From positions 1-61,462 of the forward strand of contig NZ_JAHAHH010000001.1 of the NCBI RefSeq assembly GCF_018373335.1: DNA of 61,462 nt. The letters run 5' to 3'. The DNA comes from Negativicoccus succinicivorans (GTDB taxonomy: Bacteria; Bacillota; Negativicutes; Veillonellales; Negativicoccaceae). This document shows positions 22,220-31,865 of the stretch, one piece after another. The notes under the pieces are model-generated. The model did not search any database, had not been told where the DNA came from, and was given only the letters and a program-made list of their open reading frames with translations. The stretch's first letter is position 1, and every line of letters begins with the position of its first letter. The position numbers and the translations under genes were made by a program.

Positions 22220-22242
22220 AAAACGGCTTCGGCCGTTTTTTT
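22218..22242 (+). terminator. Intrinsic terminator after gyrB
   Basis: AAAAAACGGC-TTCG-GCCGTTTTTT. Confidence 0.85.
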
Positions 22243-22571
22243 GTGCGAATTTTCCGTCAAATGTACGCGTATGAATGGTATGAATCCATTCACGGATAGT
22301 GAAATGTCACATCAAAAATAAAAATCGACTGAAATGATCTTAGTACCATATATGGGAATAAAAAGTAATATACTATTCTTCATCTACTATATACGCAGAT
22401 TAATTTGTTAAAATAGTGTCAAAATCAATGGAAACCGGAGAAAAAATGATGAAGTAGGGGGAAAAATAATAACAAAAAGGAATTTTTACGAAAAAAAGTA
22501 TTTTGGCTTGCATTTTCAGACCTTAATGCTATAATTGACCTAATAAAAAAAGGAAAAGAAGGTGATGATAG

Positions 22572-24089
22572 ATGGCGGAACCTCATTTGACAGACGGCTA
22601 TCTTCCGGGAGAAGAGAATGCTCCGAAATTGAAACGCAGTCTGAAAGCACGTCATATGAACATGATCGCCATTGGCGGCGCCATCGGTACCGGCCTTTTC
22701 GTGGCCGGTGGGGAATCGGTTTCCCAAGCGGGCCCGGGCGGTGCGCTGCTCGCATATTCACTCATCGGTATCATGGTGTATTTCTTGATGACGAGCTTGG
22801 GGGAAATGGCCACTTACATGCCGGTCTCCGGTTCATTCGGAACGTACGCCGCGCGATTTGTGGATGAGGCATTCGGATTTGCACTCGGTTGGAACTACTG
22901 GTTCAATTGGGCCATTACATTGGCGGCGGAACTGGTCGCCAGTGCTCTGATTATGAAGTATTGGTTCCCCGATACACCGTCCATTGTCTGGAGCGCGTTA
23001 TTTTTTGTTCTGATCTTCGGCTTAAACTATATGTCGACGCGCTTATTCGGTGAAAGTGAATTTATTTTTGCCGGCGTGAAAGTCATGACCGTCATCGTGT
23101 TCCTCTTTGTCGGCGCATTGTTGATCCTCGGTATTGGCGCGGAATCGCCCGGATTTACGAACTGGACGGTCGGAGAGGCGCCGTTTGTCGGCGGCTGGGC
23201 GGCCGTTCTCGGGATTTTCATGATCGCCGGATTCTCGTTCCAGGGCACGGAAATGATCGGTGTCGCCGCGGGCGAATCGGAAAATCCGAAAGAAAACGTA
23301 CCGAAAGCGATCAATACGATTTTCTGGCGTATTCTGCTGTTTTATCTCGGTTCCTTTACGGTCATCGGCTTCCTGATTCCGTATACGGATCCCAACCTTT
23401 TGAACAGTTCGGTGGAAAATATTTCCATCAGTCCGTTTACGCTCGTTTTTGAACGTTTCGGTTTACCGGCGGCGGCGGGCATTTTAAATGCCGTTATTTT
23501 GACGGCGGTACTTTCGGCGGGCAACTCGGGCGTGTATGTATCGACCCGTATGCTGTACGCGTTGGCCGCAGAAGGCAAAGCGCCGAAAGCGTTTCTGAAA
23601 GTCAATCAACGCGGTATTCCGACCAATGCGTTATTTGCGACGGCTGCGTTCGGTATTGTCGCATTTCTCACGAGTCTCATTGGGGACGGCGTCACGTACA
23701 ATTGGCTGATCAACATCAGCGGCATGGCGGGCTTCATTACCTGGGTGGGCATCGCGATTTGTCACTATCGTTTCCGTCGCGCGTATATTCGCCAGGGTTA
23801 CGATTTGAATGATTTACCGTATAAAGCGTCGCTGTATCCCTTCGGTCCGATCTTCGCGTTGGTCCTGTGTCTGATTGTTATGGCGGGGCAGAACTACACC
23901 GCATTTACCGGTCAGGAAATTGACTGGTATGGCGCCAGCGTCGCGTACGTCGGCATTCCGGTATTCCTTGCCGTGCATTTCTGGTACAAACTGAAATACA
24001 AAACGAAATTAATTCCGCTGGAAGAAGTCAATTTGGATCCGCATGACGATGAATTGCTCGCGCAAAGCGGCGAAGAAGTCGATGACTGA
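22572..24089 (+). CDS. APC amino acid permease (LysP-like)
   Basis: LKARHMNMIAIGGAIGTGLF, GWNYW, FSFQGTE, LPYKA. Confidence 0.9.
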   Translation: MAEPHLTDGYLPGEENAPKLKRSLKARHMNMIAIGGAIGTGLFVAGGESVSQAGPGGALLAYSLIGIMVYFLMTSLGEMATYMPVSGSFGTYAARFVDEAFGFALGWNYWFNWAITLAAELVASALIMKYWFPDTPSIVWSALFFVLIFGLNYMSTRLFGESEFIFAGVKVMTVIVFLFVGALLILGIGAESPGFTNWTVGEAPFVGGWAAVLGIFMIAGFSFQGTEMIGVAAGESENPKENVPKAINTIFWRILLFYLGSFTVIGFLIPYTDPNLLNSSVENISISPFTLVFERFGLPAAAGILNAVILTAVLSAGNSGVYVSTRMLYALAAEGKAPKAFLKVNQRGIPTNALFATAAFGIVAFLTSLIGDGVTYNWLINISGMAGFITWVGIAICHYRFRRAYIRQGYDLNDLPYKASLYPFGPIFALVLCLIVMAGQNYTAFTGQEIDWYGASVAYVGIPVFLAVHFWYKLKYKTKLIPLEEVNLDPHDDELLAQSGEEVDD

Positions 24090-24252
24090 ATCACAATAAA
24101 AACGATCCCGAATGGGGTCGTTTTTTATTATACAAAAAGTTAAACAATGCAAGAAAAAGAAATAATAATTCGCCATTTACAAGGCCGATTGCTATAATAT
24201 ATCTAAACAAAAAAATCGCCGTGGCAAAAAGACGATAGATGGAGGCAGCATA

Positions 24253-25308
24253 ATGAAGCATTGGTGGCAATGGTTAATGTTGACGGTATTATGTTTGGCG
24301 GTGTGGGGATGCGGCAAAAGTTCGACAGCGGAAGTACCGCCGCCGTTGGTTAAAACGATGACGATCGGCGCGACGGAAACCGCTGCGGAACATTCATTTT
24401 CCGGCACGGTGCACGGTCGCACGGAATCTCCTTTAGGATTTCAAATTCCGGGGAAAATCGTGCATAAATTCGTGCAGTCCGGCGATCGTGTCCAAACGGG
24501 CGATCCCTTATTCTCGTTAGACGCGAATGATGTGGAAGCGCAAGTCGACGCGGCGCAGGGACAGGTCGACGCCGCCGCCGCACAATTGGAACTCGCGAAT
24601 AAAACACTCTCGCGTATGGAAACTCTCTATGCGCAAGACGCGATTTCCGCGCTGAAAATTGACGAAGTGCGCAGTAAACAGCAGTTGGCGCAAGCGCAGT
24701 ACGATCAGGCGCAGGCCGCTTTATACCGGGCGCAAAATCAGGCATCGTTCGCCACCTTGCGGGCGGATCGTGACGGTGTTATCGGCATGATCATGGCGGA
24801 AATCGGCCAGGTCGTCGGCGCGGGCATGCCGGTCGTGGCGATCGTCGATAACAGCAGTTTGGATGTGCAAATTTCTCTTACGGAAAAAAATATTTCTGAT
24901 TATCCGGTGGGCAGCTCCGCCGAAGTGACGTTCTGGGCGTTGCCGGACCAAAAATCGACGGCGGTGATGCGTGAAGTTTCACCGGCGCCGAATCCGAAAA
25001 CGGGAACCTATGACGCGAAGTTGACGCTCAGCGATCCGCCGGCGCAATTGGCACTCGGCAGTACCGCCGAAGTGCGTTTCACGGGCGCCTCCGGCGAGCA
25101 GATACTGGTACCTTTGAGCGCGCTTGCGCCGCAATCCAAAACGCCGGCCGTTTGGGTCGTGCGGGATGAGAAAGTCACTCTTGTTAACGTAACGACAGGG
25201 GCGTACCGAGGCGATCAGGTGGAAATTACCTCCGGTCTCAATAAAGGGGATCGGGTCGTCGTTGCCGGTGCGCAAAATCTGACGGAAGGGCAAGCGGTCC
25301 GGATATGA
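24253..25308 (+). CDS. RND efflux periplasmic adaptor (membrane fusion protein)
   Basis: Lipoprotein-like VWGC N-terminus, lipoyl and coiled-coil halves, C-terminal SGLNKGDRVVVAG. Confidence 0.9.
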   Translation: MKHWWQWLMLTVLCLAVWGCGKSSTAEVPPPLVKTMTIGATETAAEHSFSGTVHGRTESPLGFQIPGKIVHKFVQSGDRVQTGDPLFSLDANDVEAQVDAAQGQVDAAAAQLELANKTLSRMETLYAQDAISALKIDEVRSKQQLAQAQYDQAQAALYRAQNQASFATLRADRDGVIGMIMAEIGQVVGAGMPVVAIVDNSSLDVQISLTEKNISDYPVGSSAEVTFWALPDQKSTAVMREVSPAPNPKTGTYDAKLTLSDPPAQLALGSTAEVRFTGASGEQILVPLSALAPQSKTPAVWVVRDEKVTLVNVTTGAYRGDQVEITSGLNKGDRVVVAGAQNLTEGQAVRI

Positions 25309-28300
25309 AATCATTTAACTTAGCGAGATGGGCGGTCAAACACCGCCCTATCGTTTACTTTTTTATCGTTTCGATATTAATTGCCGGCATCGTGAGTTTC
25401 TTTGACTTGGGTCGGCGGGAAGATCCCGACTTTTCGATTCGCTCGATGACGATCGCCGCGGCTTGGCCGGGCGCGACTGCCGAGCAGATGAACGAACAGG
25501 TCACCGATAAGATCGAGCAGAAATTGCAGGATACCCCGGGGCTCGATTACATCAAAAGCTTCACCAACGGGGATACCACGGTCATTTACGTTTGGTTGCG
25601 CGAAGATCTTCCCAAAGAAAGCGTGCGGCCGACCTGGACCGATGTGCGCAATCTCACCAACGATGTTTGGCGCGAGCTTCCGAAAGGCGTCGTCGGCCCG
25701 TTCATGAATGATCGGTTTGATGATGTTTACGGCTCGATTTACGCGCTTACCGGGGATGATTTTTCCTACGAAGAAAAACGGGAATACGCGGAAACTCTAC
25801 GTCGTGAGCTCTTAAAAATTCCCGAAGTGCAAAAAGTAAAATTGATCGGTGTCCAGGAGCAGACGATTTATATCGAAATGGAAGAAGCGAAACTGGCGCA
25901 GCTCGGTATCGATCCGCGCATGGTCTTCCAAATGCTGCAGCAGCAGGGCACATTGCTGCCCGCCGGCTCGGTGCGCACCGGTTCGCATAATGTCGCGTTG
26001 CGCATCACGGGGCTTTTGGATTCCGCGGAAGCCATTCAAAACTTGTCCATTCACATGGGCGAACGCTCCATTCGTCTCGGTGATATCGCGACCGTCAAGC
26101 AGGCGTACGCCGACCCGCAAAATCCGGTCATGATGTTCAACGGGAAAGAAGCCGTCGGCATTGCGATCTCCATGGCGCCGGGCGGAAACGTTTTGAATCT
26201 CGGCGATGAATTGACGGAGGCGATCGCGCAGTATAAAAATGAATTGCCGGTGGGCTTGGAGATCGGTCAGGTCACCAACCAGCCGGAAGTCGTTACCGGC
26301 GCGATTAATGAGTTTACACGGGCGCTTGCCGAGGCCATTGTGATTGTGTTGCTGGTCAGCTTCCTCGCGTTGGGGTGGCGCTCCGGCACGGTCGTCGCGC
26401 TGTGTATTCCGGTCGTTGTCGCGGCGACCTTCATCATCATGCATTACTTCGCGATCGATTTGCAGGTCGTCTCCTTAGGCGCGCTGATCATTTCTCTCGG
26501 CCTTTTGGTCGATGACGCCATCATCGTCGTGGAAATGATGCAACGCAAATTGGAAGAGGGCGTGGATCGGTTGCATGCGGCGACCGCGGCCTATGAAATC
26601 ACCGCGTTTCCGATGCTTTCCGGCACGCTGATTACCGCCGCCGCGTTTATCCCGATCGGTCTTGCCAAAGGGATTGTCGCCGAATACACGGAGAGTCTTT
26701 TTTCCGTCACCGCGATCGCGCTTTTAATTTCCTGGTTCGCATCCGTACTCGTCAGCCCCGTATTGGGCTATAAAATGATTAAGGTGACGCCGCCGGACGA
26801 ACAAAAGGAAACACGTTGGGGCGCGTTCCAGAAGAAGTTATTGAACGGATTTAAAAATTCGCTGGAAACGGTCTTGCGCTATCGTAAGACGGTTGTGATC
26901 GCGACGATTGCCGCGTTTCTGATCGCGGCGATTTCCTATCCGCTGTTGAAAAAAGAATTTTTCCCCGCGTCCGTTCGACCGGAACTGATTGTCGAAACGG
27001 AATTGCCGCTCGGCGCGACGCAAGCCGCGACGAAAAAAATGACCAACGAGTTCGTGGCTCATTTTTACGGGGACAAACGTGTTGAGTCCGTTACCAGCTA
27101 CATCGGCGAAAGCGCGCCGCGCTTTATTTTGCCGTTTGAACCGGTGCCGCCGCGCACCAACTACGCGCAGACGGTCATTGTCGCGACCGACGCTGACGCG
27201 CGTCGCTCCCTGCAAACCGATGTGGAGCGAGCGCTGGCGGATGATTTTCCCGATGTCCGCAGCAATATTCGTTTGATTCAAACCGGTCCTCCGGCGCCGT
27301 ATCCGATCATGTATCGTTTGTCTGGTCCGGATACCGAGCAACTGCAGACGTACGCCAATGAAGTCGTGCAACTGATGCAGCAGGATAAAGAAGTCAGTCT
27401 GGTCAATATGGATTGGCCGCAGATGACGCCGTCCGTCGAAGTCAAAATCGATCAGGACCGGATTCGTCAACTCGGCGCGGATAATTACGCCGTCGCCGCC
27501 GATCTTTACACCAAACTTTCCGGCTACCAGGTATCGTCGGCCTACCTCGGCGATCAACTCGTACCGGTCAAATTCCGTTTACCGCCGGGTCGTCAGCAAT
27601 TGGGCGATTTGGCGAACCTTGCCGTGCATGTCGGCGGCGGTCGTTACGTGCCGCTCGGTCAATTCGCGACGCTCACGCCGACCACGGAAAATACGATGAT
27701 CTGGCGGCGTAACTTAACGCCGACCATTACCATTCGCGCCAATGTCGCCGATGATACACCGGCCGATACCGTTTCGGAGCGGATCTACACGAAAACGCTT
27801 GCCGATTTCCGTGAAAATCTGCCGACGGGATATTCTCTCGAATATGACGGCAGTGTCGAACGCAGTCATACGTCCGTGAACTCCATCGTCGTCGTCATGC
27901 CGGTCATGATCTTCGTGATTCTCATGATCCTCATGTTCCAGCTCGGCAAAATTCGACTCATGTTCATGGCGGCCGTTACCGCGCCGCTCGGTCTGATCGG
28001 CTCCATCGTCGCCTTACAATTGACGCGCAAACCGCTCGGTTTCGTCGCCATTCTCGGCATCATTGCGCTGTCGGGCATGATCATTCGTAACTCGATCATT
28101 CTGCTCGATCAGATCGAAACGCACCGCGCGGACGGTGAACCTCTCCATGAGGCTGTCGTCAACGCCGCCATGATGCGTTTCCGGCCGATCCTGCTCACCG
28201 CGCTCGCCGCGATTTTGGGCATGATCCCGCTGATGCGTTCTTACTTCTGGGGACCGATGGCTTTCGCCTTCTCCGGCGGTCTGCTCATCGCGACCCTGCT

Positions 28301-28355
28301 CACGCTTTTCTTCCTGCCCGCTATTTACACATGGGTCTATCGGAAAGAAGAGTAA
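25305..28355 (+). CDS. RND efflux transporter permease (AcrB/AcrD/AcrF family)
   Basis: 1016 aa; GLLVDDAIIVVE, RNSIILLD, RFRPILLT. Confidence 0.93.
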   Translation: MKSFNLARWAVKHRPIVYFFIVSILIAGIVSFFDLGRREDPDFSIRSMTIAAAWPGATAEQMNEQVTDKIEQKLQDTPGLDYIKSFTNGDTTVIYVWLREDLPKESVRPTWTDVRNLTNDVWRELPKGVVGPFMNDRFDDVYGSIYALTGDDFSYEEKREYAETLRRELLKIPEVQKVKLIGVQEQTIYIEMEEAKLAQLGIDPRMVFQMLQQQGTLLPAGSVRTGSHNVALRITGLLDSAEAIQNLSIHMGERSIRLGDIATVKQAYADPQNPVMMFNGKEAVGIAISMAPGGNVLNLGDELTEAIAQYKNELPVGLEIGQVTNQPEVVTGAINEFTRALAEAIVIVLLVSFLALGWRSGTVVALCIPVVVAATFIIMHYFAIDLQVVSLGALIISLGLLVDDAIIVVEMMQRKLEEGVDRLHAATAAYEITAFPMLSGTLITAAAFIPIGLAKGIVAEYTESLFSVTAIALLISWFASVLVSPVLGYKMIKVTPPDEQKETRWGAFQKKLLNGFKNSLETVLRYRKTVVIATIAAFLIAAISYPLLKKEFFPASVRPELIVETELPLGATQAATKKMTNEFVAHFYGDKRVESVTSYIGESAPRFILPFEPVPPRTNYAQTVIVATDADARRSLQTDVERALADDFPDVRSNIRLIQTGPPAPYPIMYRLSGPDTEQLQTYANEVVQLMQQDKEVSLVNMDWPQMTPSVEVKIDQDRIRQLGADNYAVAADLYTKLSGYQVSSAYLGDQLVPVKFRLPPGRQQLGDLANLAVHVGGGRYVPLGQFATLTPTTENTMIWRRNLTPTITIRANVADDTPADTVSERIYTKTLADFRENLPTGYSLEYDGSVERSHTSVNSIVVVMPVMIFVILMILMFQLGKIRLMFMAAVTAPLGLIGSIVALQLTRKPLGFVAILGIIALSGMIIRNSIILLDQIETHRADGEPLHEAVVNAAMMRFRPILLTALAAILGMIPLMRSYFWGPMAFAFSGGLLIATLLTLFFLPAIYTWVYRKEE

Positions 28356-28357
28356 AT

Positions 28358-28396
28358 AAAAAGTCCATTCCCTGATATCAGGGGATGGACTTTTTT
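28358..28396 (+). terminator. Intrinsic terminator after the RND operon
   Basis: AAAAAGTCCATTCCCTGA-TA-TCAGGGGATGGACTTTTTT. Confidence 0.8.
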
Positions 28397-28669
28397 GTAA
28401 GCGTACGTACGGGCTGAAAGTCTACATTTCGCGGGCGTGCTGAAGTGCAGTTACATGTTGTCATCTTGTTATACGAATAGGGAAATAAATGAAGTAAAGT
28501 TATCAAAATAATCCGAAAAAAATGATATAATATGAAATGAAATAAATTGAATTTATAAATCTTTTTAGTCTGTGGGAGATTTGCTGACCGTATTCTAAAG
28601 AGGCGAAAACAATCATACGTCAGATACCTCCTTGGAATGGATAGAATCCAACTCTAAGGAAGTATGAAA

Positions 28670-28760
28670 GGGAATGAAGTTCTCCCTTGGGTAACCTAAA
28701 CCGTTTATTAAGCTGATGACTTCTACAATTACTTTTAGTTGCAGAAGTCATCAGCTTTTT
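28670..28760 (+). ncRNA. Fluoride (crcB-motif) riboswitch with terminator platform
   Basis: GGGAATGAAGTTCTCCC...AAACCG...GCTGATGACTTCTAC fits the aptamer layout; its 3' half pairs with downstream AGAAGTCATCAGC followed by a T-run. Confidence 0.88.
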
Positions 28761-28782
28761 GCGTTTAAGGGGGGAATTTTTC

Positions 28783-29988
28783 ATGTTAACATCACTATCG
28801 CTCGTTTTTCTTCTTGGTTTAGCCATGGGGGCTATTTGTCAGCAATTCAAACTTCCTAAAATCATCGGCATGTTAATGACCGGTATTGTATTGGGTCCGT
28901 TTGTTTTTGATTTTTTAGATCCTACATTACTTTCTATTTCCGCAGATTTGAAAAAAATGGCGTTCATCATCATTTTACTCAGAGCGGGATTATCTTTGGA
29001 CTTAGCCGATCTGAAGAAAGTGGGGAGACCGGCTGTTTTACTGTCCTTTATACCGGCTACCTTCGAGATTATCGGGTATATTTTGCTGGCGCCTGTCATG
29101 CTTGGGATAACAAGAATGGACGCGGCGGTTATGGGTGCCGTTTTAGGCGCTGCTTCTCCGGCGGTTGTCATGCCCCAAATGGTACATTTCATGGAAAATA
29201 AATATGGAACAAAAAAAGCAATCCCACAGATGATTATGGCCGGTATTTCTTGTGATGGTATTTTTGTAATTGTATTATTCACCACATTTCTAGGCATGGC
29301 GCAAGGTGGGAGCGCCGGCATTACAGACTTTTTCAACGTGCCGATTTCGATCATTCTTGGCGCTGTTTTAGGAGCATTGGTCGGTTATTTGTTGTGTCTG
29401 TTTTTTGAAACCGCTTATGCGCATAAGTATTACGTACGAAACAGCATGAAAGTAATTATCGTCCTTGGTTTTTCCTTTTTTCTGATTGCTATTGAAACTT
29501 GGTTGGAAGGTATCGTGGCGGTATCAGGCTTATTGGCGGTTGTCAGCATGGCATGTGTTTTGAAAATGAAAAGCACCGTTTTTGTATCGAAACGATTATC
29601 TGAAAAATTTGGAAAACTGTGGCTTGCGGCGGAAGTAATGCTGTTTGTTTTAGTTGGCGCAGCAGTAGATATCCGCTATACATTAGAGGCAGGAATTATA
29701 GCCGTATTAATGATTCTGACGGCACTGCTTTTTAGATCTTGTGGCGTTTTACTGTGCATGACAAAAACGATGTTGACATGGAAAGAAAGATTATTTTGCG
29801 TGATTGCGTATCTTCCGAAGGCTACTGTACAGGCGGCGGTTGGTTCGGTGCCGCTTGCGGCGGGACTTGAATGCGGAAACATTGTTTTGTCGGTAGCGGT
29901 GATGGCCATTGTGGTGACGGCTCCATTGGGAGCATGGGGAATGGATTCTACATATAAGAAATTATTAGATAGAGATTCATCTGACTGA
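28783..29988 (+). CDS. Cation:proton antiporter (CPA, NHA/SLC9B-like)
   Basis: IILLRAGL, SPAVVMP, LFVLVGA, PKATVQAA; AT-richer codon usage than neighbours. Confidence 0.85.
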   Translation: MLTSLSLVFLLGLAMGAICQQFKLPKIIGMLMTGIVLGPFVFDFLDPTLLSISADLKKMAFIIILLRAGLSLDLADLKKVGRPAVLLSFIPATFEIIGYILLAPVMLGITRMDAAVMGAVLGAASPAVVMPQMVHFMENKYGTKKAIPQMIMAGISCDGIFVIVLFTTFLGMAQGGSAGITDFFNVPISIILGAVLGALVGYLLCLFFETAYAHKYYVRNSMKVIIVLGFSFFLIAIETWLEGIVAVSGLLAVVSMACVLKMKSTVFVSKRLSEKFGKLWLAAEVMLFVLVGAAVDIRYTLEAGIIAVLMILTALLFRSCGVLLCMTKTMLTWKERLFCVIAYLPKATVQAAVGSVPLAAGLECGNIVLSVAVMAIVVTAPLGAWGMDSTYKKLLDRDSSD

Positions 29989-30067
29989 TATTCTGATAAA
30001 TTTATTTGTCTGATTAATATGTCAACCGGAATGCGAAAAGAAAATAATGGCAGCGGCGGCCGGCATG

Positions 30068-30113
30068 CAAAAAAGCGACTCGAGGAGCAAGGCTCCGGTC
30101 GGGTCGCTTTTTT
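30068..30113. terminator. Bidirectional terminator-like hairpin
   Basis: AAAAAAGCGAC...GTCGCTTTTTT. Confidence 0.65.
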
Positions 30114-30338
30114 ATTTACTTCATTTGTAAAGGGGAAGGGTGTACCGCTTGCAGTTATGATTATCCGTGAACGTTATTCTTTATCCGTTTCACCGATTTT
30201 TTGCAATCAAAAACCGCCGCTCGGAAAAGGCTGCGTCTTCCTACGATTCGAAATCACTGACCGATAGTCGATTACGTTCCGTACCGAAAAGAATCTTGCT
30301 ATAGATACGAGCGGCGGTTACTGCCTTTATCTACCGTC

Positions 30339-30367
30339 ATTATAAAACGTGCGGGGAAATTACGCAA
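30339..30367 (-). promoter_or_regulatory. Sigma70-type promoter pointing into a non-coding structured region
   Basis: Minus strand TTGCGT-17 nt-TATAAT. Confidence 0.6.
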
Positions 30368-31726
30368 CTAGCTTTCTTTGATTTCCCCGTCGGGACCTTG
30401 CGCCTTTTTGGTGACGAGGATTTTATCGACGCGGTAGTTGTCGTTATCCATGACCTCAAACTGCATGTTGCGATACGAGATGATCTCGGTTTCTTTGGGG
30501 AGATACCCGAAGAGATAAATAACGAAACCGCCGAGCGTTTTGTAAAAATCTTCGCCCTCTTTGGGAAGCGCGTCGGTGATTTGAAAATATTCTTTAAATT
30601 CTTCGATCGGCAACAGTCCGTCGACGAGCCATGAATTCGGCGTGCGTTTGACGATGCGATTGCGTTCTTCGATGCGTTCGGCGACGCTGCCGGGCATGGC
30701 GCCCAAAATTTCTTCCAAAATATCGTGCAGAGTAATCATGCCTTCCGGCGAACCGTATTCGTCCAAAATGATGGCCTCATGCGCGTTTTTCGCGCGGAAG
30801 AGATCGAGCGTTTTATTGAGGGTAAGCGTCTCGGGAATATACAGAGGCGTCGTGACGCAATGCGCGATGAGCGCGTGCCAACTCATTTCGGGACGACGCA
30901 GGCGCAATAGTAAGAGATCGCGCAATTGGACAATGCCGCGAAAATCATCCAGCGATTCGTAGCCGACGGGCAGGCGCGTGTGCGTGGAGCGCAACAGTTG
31001 CGCGCCGAGCTCTTCTTCACTTTTGGCGAGATCGAGCCATTCCAGCTGCGGTCGCGCCGTCATGATGTATTCGGCGGGGATGTCGTTTAAGCGAAAAATA
31101 CGATCAATGAGTTCGGGCTCGTCGGCGTCAAAGGTGCCGAGACGGGCGCCCTGCCGAATCAGGAAACGAATTTCTTCTTCCGTGACCGGTTGCTCCGCTT
31201 TGATTTTAATTCCGAGAAGTTTCAACACGGCCGAGGTGGAAAACGTCAGAAACCAGACTAAAGGCAGGTTGATGCGCGCGAAAAGATTCATCGGGCGCGC
31301 GACCCAGCTGGCCACGCTTTCCGGAGAGTTGATGGCGATGCGTTTGGGCACGAGTTCGCCGATCAACAGTGTCAAGAACGTGACGACGGCCATGATCAAA
31401 AAGAGGCTGACGGCCTGCGCGTATTGCCCCAGAGCCGGCGTAAGCGCGTCGGCCAAGGGATCCGATAAGGTGGACGCGCCGACCATACCGGTGATGATGC
31501 CGATCGCGGTGATGCCGATTTGAATGGTGGAAAATAATTGGTTCGGATCTTGCGCGATTTCAAGCGCCGCTTTCGCGCCGCTGTCACCTTGGCTCGCGCG
31601 TTGCGCCAGACGCGGCTTCTTGGCGCTGACGATGGCGAGTTCCGTAGCGGAAAAAACGCCGTTCGCAATGATTAAAATTAACAGTAATGCGATTTGCCAT
31701 CCGGGATGGTCGCTGTCCATATTCAT
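30368..31726 (-). CDS. HlyC/CorC (CNNM, DUF21-CBS) hemolysin-family membrane protein
   Basis: NGVFSATELA, STIQIGIT, GELVPKRIA, DEYG, TLGG. Confidence 0.9.
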   Translation of the reverse strand: MNMDSDHPGWQIALLLILIIANGVFSATELAIVSAKKPRLAQRASQGDSGAKAALEIAQDPNQLFSTIQIGITAIGIITGMVGASTLSDPLADALTPALGQYAQAVSLFLIMAVVTFLTLLIGELVPKRIAINSPESVASWVARPMNLFARINLPLVWFLTFSTSAVLKLLGIKIKAEQPVTEEEIRFLIRQGARLGTFDADEPELIDRIFRLNDIPAEYIMTARPQLEWLDLAKSEEELGAQLLRSTHTRLPVGYESLDDFRGIVQLRDLLLLRLRRPEMSWHALIAHCVTTPLYIPETLTLNKTLDLFRAKNAHEAIILDEYGSPEGMITLHDILEEILGAMPGSVAERIEERNRIVKRTPNSWLVDGLLPIEEFKEYFQITDALPKEGEDFYKTLGGFVIYLFGYLPKETEIISYRNMQFEVMDNDNYRVDKILVTKKAQGPDGEIKES

Positions 31727-31865
31727 TCTCCTTGTCGAAAAAATACTATATTTACATATTTATAGTATAGTAGAAGTATAACACAGAGGAAAACGGGAAG
31801 TGCAAAAAGGAATCCGCCGACGCGCGACGAATACGTTAGTAAGGCAATGGCCAAAGGAGGCAGCT

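Noticed and set aside
30226..30265. SRP RNA-like words (GGTCAG...GGAAG..GCAGCC) on the minus strand
   Set aside because: The conserved CAGG-stem-GNRA-stem-AGCA helix 8 geometry is not present.
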